IMG/VR virus record: IMGVR_UViG_3300046368_001160
Coordinates: 1 to 61,581 of that record
Origin: a virus
Lineage: Duplodnaviria; Caudoviricetes
DNA: 61,581 bases
Reading direction: 5' to 3' (one strand)
Below are positions 9,101 to 18,809 of this stretch, in pieces; positions within the stretch are counted from its first letter, which is position 1; every line of letters begins with the position of its first letter. The notes beneath the pieces were generated by a model. That model had not been told where the DNA came from and did not search any database. It saw nothing but the letters and a program-made list of their open reading frames with translations. Position numbers and translations under genes: made by a program.

Positions 9101-11526
9101 TCGTTATAGTCAAGTTTGATTCTAAATGGTTGATTTACATCAACATAAATTACGGGTTGATAGTGTCCAGCAAGTTCACGAATTTCTTGAATATCGTCTT
9201 CGTCACAATCTATTTTAAAATCAGGTTTCCATTCTTTAGATATTCGTTGTCCTGCATAAGTTTCAGGATTTCCATCATCATTAAATTCTATTACTATTGA
9301 CTCATTTTTGCTCAACACTCGTCTTATCTTTGACAACGGAGGATTTTCTTTAAAGTTTTGATCTTGGTAGATGTAAGGTCCGTTTCCAATTTTTCCAAGT
9401 CCCATTTTATGTGCAAGGAAATCACTTACATCTTTAACCCAATATTCTAAATTTCGTTTTTTAAGTCTTGATAATGTTGCTGGATCTTTTTTATCAACTA
9501 GTTCTTTTTCTGATTGCGTGTATCCTATAGGTCTACCGTCTTCATCTGTTTCGTCAGAACCTCCGATTGGATATGGGCATTTTGGAGGTTGTATATCATC
9601 TTCTTCTTCTTCAGGTTCTTCTTCAAATGCTGATGTATAAACACAATCCATACCTTCGGGTACTTTCTTTCCGTTCACATGAGAAATACACTCTCCATCC
9701 CAAATACAAGTATTTCCTCCACGTTCTTTTGCCATTGAATCGGCAAGTGAGAAGTTACGAGTACCTGTGTCTTCTTCTTCAGATGGTACATTGTCTGCGT
9801 CACCTTGACCCATCATTTTTGCCATTTGATCACACGCACAATTTTTCCAATCTTCACGTTCACTTTTAATCCGCATTGCTTCTTTTGTTTTAAGATTTCC
9901 ATTGGTAGAACTGCGATAATATTTAGACGGAGGGTATGTTGAACAAGCAGGATTGTCAAATCCTTGAAATGGATCGGGATCAGGTGCATTTAAATCTTCT
10001 TCCTCCGGAATATCAGGAACTTCTTCAATTTCTTGTTCTTTACGAGTTTCGTTAGCAGGATCGGGATGAATTAAATTATAGTTAAAACCTTTACTTGGAT
10101 CACCTTTATCATCTTCAATTTTTGTATTGAGTGGTTCATCTTCACTTCTATAATGTCCAAAATGTCTGTTGTTTGTTTTTGGTAATCGTTTTTCAAGAAA
10201 ATTAAATGATATAGAAAGTTGTGCCATATTTGGGTACTGACCCACCATAATGTTTTCATCGGCATTTGTTGTAACAGTTCCGTTTAAATATTCATAATTT
10301 TTTGACATATTCTCTTTATCAGATGTAAGTTCCCATGCAGCCTCAGGTGGAATCGTCAATGCAACGGATGTCATAACAACAGGTTGATCTACGTACATAT
10401 CACCTAAATTTAGTTTTAAAAAGGGTGGTATTATATAATTAGAATTTTTTGGTGACGCAAGTAGAGTGTCATCTGATGTATATCCGGCAGGTTTTGTTAA
10501 TCCAACTAAATAATTAATTCGTTGCCACATTGGATGAAGTTCACTTAAACTAAAACACACAGTAGTAAAATCAAGAGACACTGTTCTGGTGAACCCACTA
10601 TATATTTGTACATTGTCCGCACGGCCTATATATCTTATTTGTTGCCACTCTGCATCAGATTGGTCACTTACCGAGTTTATATACGATCTAAATGGTAGAT
10701 ATTTTTTATTCGCAATGTCGTGTAAAACAAACGGAATAAAGTCCCAATTTTTCCAAGTTTGAAACTCGGTTTTGAGTTTCGTTACATCATCATCAAGTGA
10801 ATAAAGTTTATTATGTGCGTCATACTTTATTCCAGGACCCGAGGTATAATCTGGAATTTTTTTCTTTGGTAGATACTTAGGATTGTCTTTGTATCTAGAT
10901 TCGTATCGTTTTGATGCGTTGTCTTCGTAGTCTGACTGGGAGTCTCCACGACCTTTGGTAAGAAATGGTTTTACATTTTCAGATTTATTTTGGGCATACG
11001 CATCAATTACCTCTTTTCGTTTAGTGTCATTAACCATACCAACGGAATTTAATCCATTTCGTTTTAATGCAAACTCCATATCACTTTTAAATGTATCGTG
11101 CTGACCTTGTGTTTGATTTGCATATACATTTTTTGATGGTTGTATGGTTTTGTCTGATTTGTCTTTTGTATTTGAACTTGGTGATAGATTGGGGTATTTT
11201 GTAAGTCGTTGTACCTGTTCTGAATCAGTTACCTGACCACCACCACGGGTTACGGTATTTCCATACCAATTCGTTATCAATTGATCTTTTTCTTTATCAT
11301 GATAATGTGACCAACGGGGTGTATCTTCTTGTCGTGGAGATGTCCAATAAATTGTACCGTTATCAGTATATATTTTTTCGGTATTTTTCGAGATAGATAA
11401 TCTATCTGATGAATATCTAAATGGTGTATATTTGAAATTAGTTTTAGGTTTTGTTGAGTTACTACCACCCATACCAGTTATACCTTTAACTGCTTCTTCT
11501 ACAACCTTTTCCAATACTTTCTTCAT
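6106..11526 (-). CDS. baseplate/tail-tube initiator-like protein with long C-terminal extension (two FN3/Ig-like domains)
   Basis: core FRSYINSVSDQSDAEWQQIRYIGRADNVQIYSGFTRTVSLDF...PPFLKLNLGDMY resembles tube-initiator folds; extension has TPTWTWDPVKGAEMYEVY...LRSGLHTIEVKA and KPIWKWSPISGANKYKVTL...LEDGLYEISVTA. Confidence 0.6.
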   Translation of the reverse strand: MKKVLEKVVEEAVKGITGMGGSNSTKPKTNFKYTPFRYSSDRLSISKNTEKIYTDNGTIYWTSPRQEDTPRWSHYHDKEKDQLITNWYGNTVTRGGGQVTDSEQVQRLTKYPNLSPSSNTKDKSDKTIQPSKNVYANQTQGQHDTFKSDMEFALKRNGLNSVGMVNDTKRKEVIDAYAQNKSENVKPFLTKGRGDSQSDYEDNASKRYESRYKDNPKYLPKKKIPDYTSGPGIKYDAHNKLYSLDDDVTKLKTEFQTWKNWDFIPFVLHDIANKKYLPFRSYINSVSDQSDAEWQQIRYIGRADNVQIYSGFTRTVSLDFTTVCFSLSELHPMWQRINYLVGLTKPAGYTSDDTLLASPKNSNYIIPPFLKLNLGDMYVDQPVVMTSVALTIPPEAAWELTSDKENMSKNYEYLNGTVTTNADENIMVGQYPNMAQLSISFNFLEKRLPKTNNRHFGHYRSEDEPLNTKIEDDKGDPSKGFNYNLIHPDPANETRKEQEIEEVPDIPEEEDLNAPDPDPFQGFDNPACSTYPPSKYYRSSTNGNLKTKEAMRIKSEREDWKNCACDQMAKMMGQGDADNVPSEEEDTGTRNFSLADSMAKERGGNTCIWDGECISHVNGKKVPEGMDCVYTSAFEEEPEEEEDDIQPPKCPYPIGGSDETDEDGRPIGYTQSEKELVDKKDPATLSRLKKRNLEYWVKDVSDFLAHKMGLGKIGNGPYIYQDQNFKENPPLSKIRRVLSKNESIVIEFNDDGNPETYAGQRISKEWKPDFKIDCDEDDIQEIRELAGHYQPVIYVDVNQPFRIKLDYNDKNAITNDNYNNVNQVKTLLAEFVSKRMNDTFSAPGNVGTRGLKKYGDLTRKEHKGTVIENDELYYIPYEEDRDKMIKGHKVYPGTTDYVNYEVNNDVSAQLKLGEGKKYAELKFGFYALVSKTKEKISGLAADRNIENEIADYIFEQFWSLNGETFGGGRTSELQGAGGTGTEMNTDQEKAVKLDRGGTRLRQQEIERLKQKLLKINNLTEQLRDPNKRVLEYEPIGNWNRFQKEKISNRMQDSRLQQIISDKWNLITDKKMTLIQLENYLIILEGTTDDDIRNADEKYRDLASDRKLTNANKSAMEESDVESLENKIRQYEKDQEVFNKVIEKDDSAPLELGYYFDNKSSQLHFIPWVKDHALEKIEFVDDGSNSNDDPEPPKNIVPEPKPKTDTPTPNKTPTWTWDPVKGAEMYEVYFKGKTIVTKKTSYTPTDDKDEPMKLRSGLHTIEVKAGAPNKSGTGTDWSTKGIHEVKIDKRVVPPKPPKCPYKVGSEGEKDSHGRLVGFEVADPFSNEISQVDDGIKQAIERNIKMWIGDVMAYIVAKEDIGNLTYPADPDKVSWSTNKYGAVTVYEQNQMKWMYAGDTLTSLGVNGEESYPTRMNGEYIGNEPAKYEGEFDMGCGPNEDGSAKGAESADDPDEPLRAPNPHSQTPTDNSKPIWKWSPISGANKYKVTLRKVKASASSRSYGWVTVEDYGIIQYSDKTEAKPLLALEDGLYEISVTAEESKSTFAGGRSENVVIRSSEVGTHTVEIKDGTSIPATPTSQSNEGCEDAPKPVELFLSDPRWCKIKSSKFSTQKDDVKKLWRKEVATYLACKKGIDVSTAQYNYSIFDEDTGMCMKVVFDGKETDVANIEENTFILNKGNSLTGDEREAYITMKYIPTWNPTDSYKSQYVNDPKLANCPGERAIISNKVFHNGVLYIAQTRISMGSVTTPPGHRPDDVNDRTLPDNLMASQQRNLNSYKDDYDLKIKYHKRWWLTEEETALLNAEELSDF

Positions 11527-11531
11527 AACAA

Positions 11532-14500
11532 TTATTGATCATGTGCAGATGCTACTGCACGTGAAACTTTGCGGCCGTCCATGTTAACAGAAATGCCACC
11601 CTTTCTCATAAGTAGGATCAACTCATCTAATTTCTTTACTACTTTAGAACCATCTTCGGTTTTTTCTGATTCTACCGATGGTGTGTCTTTGCCTACTATC
11701 TTTGCAATTTCTTCTACGAAAATATTATGACCCTTGACACTTATTGTATCAAGTCCACTTAACTCTATGTTTGTTGAACTTTCTGGTTTATCTACATCAG
11801 AGAATACATCAAGTAAACTAAAATCGGGTATTAAATTGCTAGTAAAATCTGCAATTTTTGTTAGCATATTAGTTGGTGCCGTTGCAGTTTCTTGTAATTG
11901 AGCATTCATCGGTTCTACTTGACTTTGAATCGTAGGTTGGTTGGCACTTGGTTGTACTCGATTATTTATGGGTTCTACTTGACTTTGAGTCTTGTTAACT
12001 ACAAGTCTTCCTTCATCTGTCAATTGTTGTCTACGTGACTCTAACAACTTGTTCAGTGAGTCATTTTCAAGGGTTGTGCCATTGATGATTGCTTCGTCTA
12101 ACATCTTAATTCTAGACCCGGCACTATTTGCAAGTTTATCCGAAACATCTGTTACACTAACATTCGTGGTTTCTTCTACTTTTGTGAATCCATCTTCATC
12201 TTCATACATCCGTCTGTTCGTGTCTGTGTTTATACCTACAAGTTGACCTTCTGCGTAAAGTTTAGTTGGTAGTTCTTTCCTTAAAACTCCTGCCATGATT
12301 TGATCTAATAAACCGGTCGATTGTGCGACTTTTTCATATTGAATAGATGAAGTAAATTCATTTTCGGTGATTTTACCGTTACTTGAATTTAAAGTGGAAG
12401 CATCTTTTGCAGACATTACTCCCATGTCACCTAAAATATTATTTGTTACAGATTCATTGACACCAAGTGACCGTTTATATGCTTCCATTGAATGATCTTC
12501 ATCTAAATTGAAGTATTCATTTTTAGCAAAATCAGAAAACTTTTGTTTTATAGACTCAGGTATAAATTTGGTGTAAATACTACCAACGACATCAACAATA
12601 GGTTGAACCATTTCATTTACTTTTTTAGCATCTTTTATTTTTTCATTTTTAAGAATACTTATTTCAGGTTTTTGCTCTGTTACTATTTCAGGTGGAGGTG
12701 ATGAAAATACATCTGCTAATGATGTAGTTCCAGTCTCGGTTACTTGTTGAACTTGAGTCTCAGTAGTTGGAGTTGAAAATACTTCTGCTAATGATGTAGT
12801 TCCAGTCTCGGTTACTTGTTGAACTTGAGTCTCAGTAGTTGGAGTTGAAAATACTTCTGCTAATGATGGACCAGGTGTTGCGAATGGATCACTTGGTGGC
12901 AAAGAACCTCCTGCTACATCAACCACAGGTAAATCGGCCATTTCAGTCATCATAAGTTTAGGACCAATTGTGCCTTCTATTATTTGTTGCTCGGATTTTC
13001 TTGCTGGTATTTTAATTGGAGTTTGAACTCCACCTAGATTTATGTTTTGTAAACCACCGAGTTTATCAACATCAAGTTTTTCAATTACATCACACAACAT
13101 ATACAACTCACTTGTTATAGCACTTAATGCTTCAACTGCTGGATCCTGTATTCCTGAAAATGAATTAATTGCATCAACTACCTCAGATGTAAATGTTTTT
13201 AGTTTATTTACATTTTCTAAATTCAAAGTATTTGATATGTCCGATAAAGTTGTTAGTTTATTTACTATACTTAGATCACCTATGCTACTCAACTTACTCA
13301 TACTTTCAATAAATTTTGGAAATGCAGCTCCCGTTTGTTTAAAGAATGTATTTATTTTGCCGGCCTCACCATCATTTACATAATCAGCAAATTGCTCTAC
13401 ACCTTTACCAAGATCAATTAAGATGCTATCAAATCCTTCACTTGGAAGTGGTGCTTGGGCAAATGCTTTTAAGAATGGAATCATTCCTTGTTGTATTGTT
13501 ACGAGATGTGGTAATATTGTTAAGTCGGTGGGTGCGAGTTCATCAAAGAATTGAAAAATTCCATCTCCCACATTGTTCATGATTGAGTGTACGTCTTCTG
13601 AAATTGATGACAATGGAATTGTTGCAAAGTTAGTTATAAACGGAGTTATTCCTGCGTTTATTTCTACCAAGTTAGGTAATATTGTTAAGTCAGTGGGTGC
13701 GAGTTCATCAAAGAACTGATAGATACCGTCACCTAAATCATTCATAATAGAACTTATGTCTTCTGAAATTGATGATAATGGAAGTTCAGAGAAGTCTGTT
13801 ATGAATGGAATCATGCTAACTCCAATCTCAGGTAATATCTTTATTTTTGATGTATTTACTTCGTCCATTGCATTAAAAAATTCATCTAATCCGTCAGCAA
13901 CTTTTACTAAATTCTTAGAATCACTTGTTTTTATTTTAGGTAACGAACGAGATAATCCATTTAATAATTTGGTTAAACCTCCCGATATTCTTTCTATAGA
14001 AGCAATTGTAGTTGGTTGTACACTTTCAAAAACATTAAAGAAATCACCCAACCCATCACTAACCATTTCAATTTTGTCTTCAAAATCATCGGTTACATTG
14101 TTTAAAAATCCACCCAAATTTAAATTACTAAGCATTTCAAATGATTCTACATTTATGTCAACTGAACCTAATTTAGCAATTAAATCGATTACCTTGTCAA
14201 CAGGTGATTCTTGGTCTTGACCCAACAACCCACCTATAAAACCAGTTAAACCTCCACCAGTTGCTCTGGCTGCTCCAGCACCAAATGTAATTAAAGCATC
14301 TCCAAATACTTTCAACGCTTCAGCTGCACGTGTTAGTACAGTTTCCATGTTGGACATTTTTTCAAATGATGTTAATAATAAATCTAAACCATCAGAAACT
14401 CCAACAATAGATTGTGCTTGATTAGCAAAATCAAGTATTTTTTGCAAAGGACTTTTATTAAGTTCTTTGGTATCACCTGCACCCAAAACCGAAGCGATTT

Positions 14501-17500
14501 TGTTGCCAAATGCTCCAGCTGCATTGGAAGCACCTTCTAAAACTTTGCCTCCTGCTTGTTTGATTTGCATACCTAGTAACTTGTTTGAAAATGATGCGAT
14601 TGCATCACCGGCCGGTTCTAATATTGCTTCAAGACCATTTAATTGCTGAAATGATAACATAAGTGCATCTAAATTAGTGGTTGCCAAACCAAGACTCTCT
14701 GCTCTGTCCGCAAATTCTAAAATCTTTTCAAATGGACTACGGGTATCTGCTTGTCCCAATGTCACAATTTCTGCGACTCCATTACCAAGTCCTCCTACCG
14801 CATTACCAAGTCCATTTATTGCAGATGCACCACCCATAGCAGCCATTGCTTTTGACATTTCCCAAATAGCATCAGATGCTTGTGTTAATTTCTTTGAATC
14901 AACACCACTTAAACGAATGATATCGTCTGTTACAGATGTTACTGCTCCCGCTATAGAATTTATTACTCCTGATATTCCACCCGAAATTGAATTTATTACT
15001 CCTGATATTGCGTCACCGATTGCAGTTACGACACCTACAATCGCATCACCCACGGATGTTATTGTATCCGAAATTGCATTTGCAACGGAAGTTATTAATG
15101 ATGCAAATCCTTCAAAAACTGCTTTGTAAATATTTGCGATTGCGTTTCCAACTGATTCTATAATACCACCTACAGTTTGAAATACTTTTACGATAACCCC
15201 ACCCACAACTTTTGCAAATTCAATTATTCCACCAATTATCGCCTCAAGTGCTTTTACCATAATAGATGCAAATCCCAAAAAGACTTTTCCAAATGCTTCA
15301 ATTCCAGGTGTTGCTAAGTTTAACGCATATGCAAGAGGTATCAACGATGCACCTAATGCAGCGATTGCCACCGCACCTAGTAGTATTGCAGCTGCTCCTA
15401 CTCCACTACTCATAATCGCACCCAATTTCATAGCAGCCACTCCAAGAACTATTAATGCACCTGCTACTACGAATACCGTTTCAATTCCGACACCTTTCAT
15501 CATATTAAGTGCAAACGCAAGTGGAATTAATGCAATAGATAATACCCCAATTGCGAGAGCTCCTTTTATCATTGCCGTACTTCCTTTGCTCATAGCTTTA
15601 GCAGCGACTGCGAGGGCTGCTATTACAGCAAGTCCTGGCCATGCGTTTTTCCAATTAACTTTCCCAAACTCTTGAAATGCTTTAGCGGCAACATACATTG
15701 CTCCTGATAATATAAAAATTGATCCAGCGACAGCAAATAACTTGCTTGGTTTTATTCTATTGATTGCAGTCGTAATTCTTCCGAGTATTCCACTACCTTT
15801 TTTACCCCCTCCTCCACCTTTAAATAGTTTAGAAGTAAGACTGCTCGCAAATCCATTTATCAGACCCAATACTACTTTTAATCCAACAAATAATCCTGTA
15901 ATTACGATTAGATTTGTAATCAGACTATGACCAAAGAAGTTTGAAAAGAATGCACCGACACTCATTACAACCGTTCCGATAGATTCGATTGCACTTCCGA
16001 TTCCCATTATTGTGTCTTTTAGATCATTCCCCCGATCACTGAGCTCCGTAACTTGTTTTCCATCCACACCTATTCCTGTTTTAACAAACGACTGAAAGAA
16101 ACCTTCAATTTTAGGCAATATTTTCTCTACAAGTGGAACTAATGCTGTTGAAATTTTGTACATTAGTTCTTTGATACGAGTTTGCATTGCTTCTATTGAT
16201 TCTGCTTTTTTGTTTTCTAGTTCCATCAATTTCAACTTATCAATGGCCGTCATATTTTCTTCTTCTTTTGCTTTATTGCGCCGGGCCATTGCATCCTCTG
16301 CCCATGCTTCTCCTGCATTAGCAGCGTTTTGTAGCATTCGTTCTTGTTCACGGGCTTTATTCATGTTCATCAACTCACCTACAGTTGTACCCATTGCTTC
16401 CGCAAGTGCTTTTTGTTGAAACCGATTCATGTTTTCAAGACCACCCAAGGAATCCATAATTTTATGTCGTTCTTCAAGCATTGCATTTGCATCACCTGCC
16501 ATTGCAGCTTGACGAAGACCCTGTAGGTGGAGTTGTCTACCAAACATCGTACTTGCTTGCATTTCCGAATTTATACTTCCTTCAAAATCTAATAATGCTT
16601 CAGCAGATGATGCTACATCTTCTAAACTACTTCCCATACGACGTGCATGAATTGCACCAGATGCGAGTGCTTTTGCAGAACCTTTTGCAAATATTAAAGC
16701 ATCTTCACCTGCACTGGATACATCTTCCATGACCTGTGCGTATTTTACTCCATGTTTTTGAGAAAGAGTTTGCATCTCCATAACAAGTCCTTCTGCTTCT
16801 CCACGAGCAGTAGCACCTAGTTTCATCAAATTTGACATAGCACTTGTTGTAGTGGCAGCTGATACACCAAGTGTTTGTTCCATTCTTGCTACAAATTCTA
16901 CTTGATTAGCAGACGCATGATCAATGGCTGCGTTTACATCAGAAAATGCACCAACTGCGGCGTAGAGTTCTTTAACGTCTAAACCTAAACCACTTCCGTT
17001 TTTTGATGATCTTTCAATTTGCTCCACCTGGTCACGTATACCTGCAACTTGAAATGCACTCGCACCCATTTCCATTCTAAACTCTTTTGAAGCACCTTGT
17101 AAACGACTAACTTGATCAAATGCACTTTTGAGTAAAAATAACAATCCACCAACCGCCACCAAGACCAAAGTAAACGGATTTAATAATGCTCCGATCACTG
17201 CTTTTCCCATTCCGGCAATTCCAGATACCAAAGACTTTGTTCCAGCTGCCATTGCTCCTAAACTTCCTGCTCCTTTGTCAGCTGCGTCAGCTGCATCTAA
17301 AAATGCTTTTCTAAGAGATTTTTTTGCTAAATCAGTTGCTTCTTCTAGTGGTTTTTTAAGATGTGCAGATAACATACCCCCCACCAATGGAAACTTCCCA
17401 AAAAATCCATCTATTCCTTGTGATATACCATCGAGCATACCCTCATATTCTTCTAAGATTGGTTGTGCTTGTTCAACTAATTTCTTTTTGGCATCACCTT

Positions 17501-18203
17501 GTTTTTCTAAAATTCCTAATAACTCTTGATTTTTCTTTAAATTATCATCTGACAATTTAACTTGTTTATGTAGGTGCTGATTTAATTTACTTGAACGATC
17601 CGAAGAAACTCCCGTTGTATTTGCAATTTGTTCAAGTGTTGCCAACTCAGTATCTCTAAAATGAGTTGCAGCTTCAATTTGTCCAATGTAATCTGCTACT
17701 TTGGTATTTGCCCGTGATAAGGTTTCTTCAATTTGTTTGACTTTATCTTTTTGTGAATCATATGCAGAATCTTTTACATTCAATAAAAGAAGTGCTTCTT
17801 GCTCTTTTTCAAGTTGTAATTGTATACCGGGAATTGTTTGTTCAGTTACTTCTTTTAAGTCCGTCTGACGTTCTGCGATACTGTTTGTAATATCAGTTCT
17901 TTTTTTACCTATTTCTGCAAGTTGGTCTGATTTACTTACGTGACTTGATAAATCACCTTTCAGTTCTTCGGAAAATTTTCTTATTTGTTCAAAATATGTA
18001 GAACTTCCAGCTAAGTTTTGATTTAAAGCTTTAACTTTATCATCACCAACGGTTTCTATAGCAATATCATAATTTCCTTCAAGTATTGCTTCTTGAAATT
18101 TTTTGACTATATCAGTTTTAATTGCGTTGAATTCAGGCGCAAGATTTTCAGTCACTGACTTTTGCAGTGTCTGAGTAAAATCTGTAACATCTATAATATC
18201 CAA
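11532..18203 (-). CDS. tape measure protein
   Basis: 2223 aa, Ala/Gly-rich helical repeats, hydrophobic segments, MNRFQQKALAEAMG motif, C-terminal VNMDGRKV; follows tube and chaperone genes; TTG start. Confidence 0.85.
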   Translation of the reverse strand: MDIIDVTDFTQTLQKSVTENLAPEFNAIKTDIVKKFQEAILEGNYDIAIETVGDDKVKALNQNLAGSSTYFEQIRKFSEELKGDLSSHVSKSDQLAEIGKKRTDITNSIAERQTDLKEVTEQTIPGIQLQLEKEQEALLLLNVKDSAYDSQKDKVKQIEETLSRANTKVADYIGQIEAATHFRDTELATLEQIANTTGVSSDRSSKLNQHLHKQVKLSDDNLKKNQELLGILEKQGDAKKKLVEQAQPILEEYEGMLDGISQGIDGFFGKFPLVGGMLSAHLKKPLEEATDLAKKSLRKAFLDAADAADKGAGSLGAMAAGTKSLVSGIAGMGKAVIGALLNPFTLVLVAVGGLLFLLKSAFDQVSRLQGASKEFRMEMGASAFQVAGIRDQVEQIERSSKNGSGLGLDVKELYAAVGAFSDVNAAIDHASANQVEFVARMEQTLGVSAATTTSAMSNLMKLGATARGEAEGLVMEMQTLSQKHGVKYAQVMEDVSSAGEDALIFAKGSAKALASGAIHARRMGSSLEDVASSAEALLDFEGSINSEMQASTMFGRQLHLQGLRQAAMAGDANAMLEERHKIMDSLGGLENMNRFQQKALAEAMGTTVGELMNMNKAREQERMLQNAANAGEAWAEDAMARRNKAKEEENMTAIDKLKLMELENKKAESIEAMQTRIKELMYKISTALVPLVEKILPKIEGFFQSFVKTGIGVDGKQVTELSDRGNDLKDTIMGIGSAIESIGTVVMSVGAFFSNFFGHSLITNLIVITGLFVGLKVVLGLINGFASSLTSKLFKGGGGGKKGSGILGRITTAINRIKPSKLFAVAGSIFILSGAMYVAAKAFQEFGKVNWKNAWPGLAVIAALAVAAKAMSKGSTAMIKGALAIGVLSIALIPLAFALNMMKGVGIETVFVVAGALIVLGVAAMKLGAIMSSGVGAAAILLGAVAIAALGASLIPLAYALNLATPGIEAFGKVFLGFASIMVKALEAIIGGIIEFAKVVGGVIVKVFQTVGGIIESVGNAIANIYKAVFEGFASLITSVANAISDTITSVGDAIVGVVTAIGDAISGVINSISGGISGVINSIAGAVTSVTDDIIRLSGVDSKKLTQASDAIWEMSKAMAAMGGASAINGLGNAVGGLGNGVAEIVTLGQADTRSPFEKILEFADRAESLGLATTNLDALMLSFQQLNGLEAILEPAGDAIASFSNKLLGMQIKQAGGKVLEGASNAAGAFGNKIASVLGAGDTKELNKSPLQKILDFANQAQSIVGVSDGLDLLLTSFEKMSNMETVLTRAAEALKVFGDALITFGAGAARATGGGLTGFIGGLLGQDQESPVDKVIDLIAKLGSVDINVESFEMLSNLNLGGFLNNVTDDFEDKIEMVSDGLGDFFNVFESVQPTTIASIERISGGLTKLLNGLSRSLPKIKTSDSKNLVKVADGLDEFFNAMDEVNTSKIKILPEIGVSMIPFITDFSELPLSSISEDISSIMNDLGDGIYQFFDELAPTDLTILPNLVEINAGITPFITNFATIPLSSISEDVHSIMNNVGDGIFQFFDELAPTDLTILPHLVTIQQGMIPFLKAFAQAPLPSEGFDSILIDLGKGVEQFADYVNDGEAGKINTFFKQTGAAFPKFIESMSKLSSIGDLSIVNKLTTLSDISNTLNLENVNKLKTFTSEVVDAINSFSGIQDPAVEALSAITSELYMLCDVIEKLDVDKLGGLQNINLGGVQTPIKIPARKSEQQIIEGTIGPKLMMTEMADLPVVDVAGGSLPPSDPFATPGPSLAEVFSTPTTETQVQQVTETGTTSLAEVFSTPTTETQVQQVTETGTTSLADVFSSPPPEIVTEQKPEISILKNEKIKDAKKVNEMVQPIVDVVGSIYTKFIPESIKQKFSDFAKNEYFNLDEDHSMEAYKRSLGVNESVTNNILGDMGVMSAKDASTLNSSNGKITENEFTSSIQYEKVAQSTGLLDQIMAGVLRKELPTKLYAEGQLVGINTDTNRRMYEDEDGFTKVEETTNVSVTDVSDKLANSAGSRIKMLDEAIINGTTLENDSLNKLLESRRQQLTDEGRLVVNKTQSQVEPINNRVQPSANQPTIQSQVEPMNAQLQETATAPTNMLTKIADFTSNLIPDFSLLDVFSDVDKPESSTNIELSGLDTISVKGHNIFVEEIAKIVGKDTPSVESEKTEDGSKVVKKLDELILLMRKGGISVNMDGRKVSRAVASAHDQ
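12712..12868. repeat. 72-bp tandem repeat (about 2.2 copies) in tape measure gene
   Basis: tctgctaatgatgtagttccagtctcggttacttg... begins at 12712, 12784 and partially 12856; encodes SLAEVFSTPTTETQVQQVTETGTT. Confidence 0.9.
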
Positions 18204-18217
18204 AACTATATATCCAG

Positions 18218-18499
18218 TTACATAAGGTCTTTAAGTGTTTTTAAATTCGGATCATTTTTTGTTGCGTCTATTAAATCTTGCCTACTTGTTAATCCGAGTC
18301 TTTTTAATTCTTGTTTAAATTTTTTGGTATCTTCAACGTAATCATCAAATGCTTTAACCATACGAGGATCTTTAAACATTTTTTTTCCGACTTTAAGTGC
18401 TTTACTATTGAATATCTTTGTTACCAATTTTCCAAAGAATTCGTGCAATATTTGTTCCTCGTTTAGAGGTTCTTTTTTAGTGATTTTATTTTTTTCCAT
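18218..18499 (-). CDS. small hypothetical protein before tape measure
   Basis: ORF track 18218-18532; likelier start MEKNKI at 18499 because ATATTTAT lies at 18535-18542. Confidence 0.6.
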   Translation of the reverse strand: MEKNKITKKEPLNEEQILHEFFGKLVTKIFNSKALKVGKKMFKDPRMVKAFDDYVEDTKKFKQELKRLGLTSRQDLIDATKNDPNLKTLKDLM

Positions 18500-18572
18500 A
18501 TTATAAATTCCAGAGAGTGTACATATATCCATGTATAAATATATGTCTGTGGGAATTTATGTGGAAAAACGA

Positions 18573-18809
18573 CTACCTAAATGATGGTTTAGAACGAGGA
18601 GAAGCAGATGTTTTTGCTTTTGCTTGTTGAGCTTTTACTTGCTCGTTCTCTTTGGTTTTTACATCCAACAATTTTCGTGAGTAAAACCTACGCAGATAAA
18701 TCGGCATATTGTATACGATGCTTTGATTAAAAGCACCTTCACTATAATAACAGAGATTAAAAATCTCTTCGTGTAAACCTATTCTATACTCCGGTGGAAG
18801 GGTAAAAAA
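18573..18809 (-). CDS. gp51-like tail/baseplate assembly chaperone extension, probably expressed by frameshift from the gp26-like gene
   Basis: absent from ORF track; +1 frame reads FFTLPPEYRIGLHEEIFNLCYYSEGAFNQSIVYNMPIYLRRFYSRKLLDVKTKENEQ...PSFR* (78 aa); frame opens 3 codons before a T7 run (18810-18804); no start codon before the conserved-looking block. Confidence 0.7.
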   Translation of the reverse strand, partial: FFTLPPEYRIGLHEEIFNLCYYSEGAFNQSIVYNMPIYLRRFYSRKLLDVKTKENEQVKAQQAKAKTSASPRSKPSFR

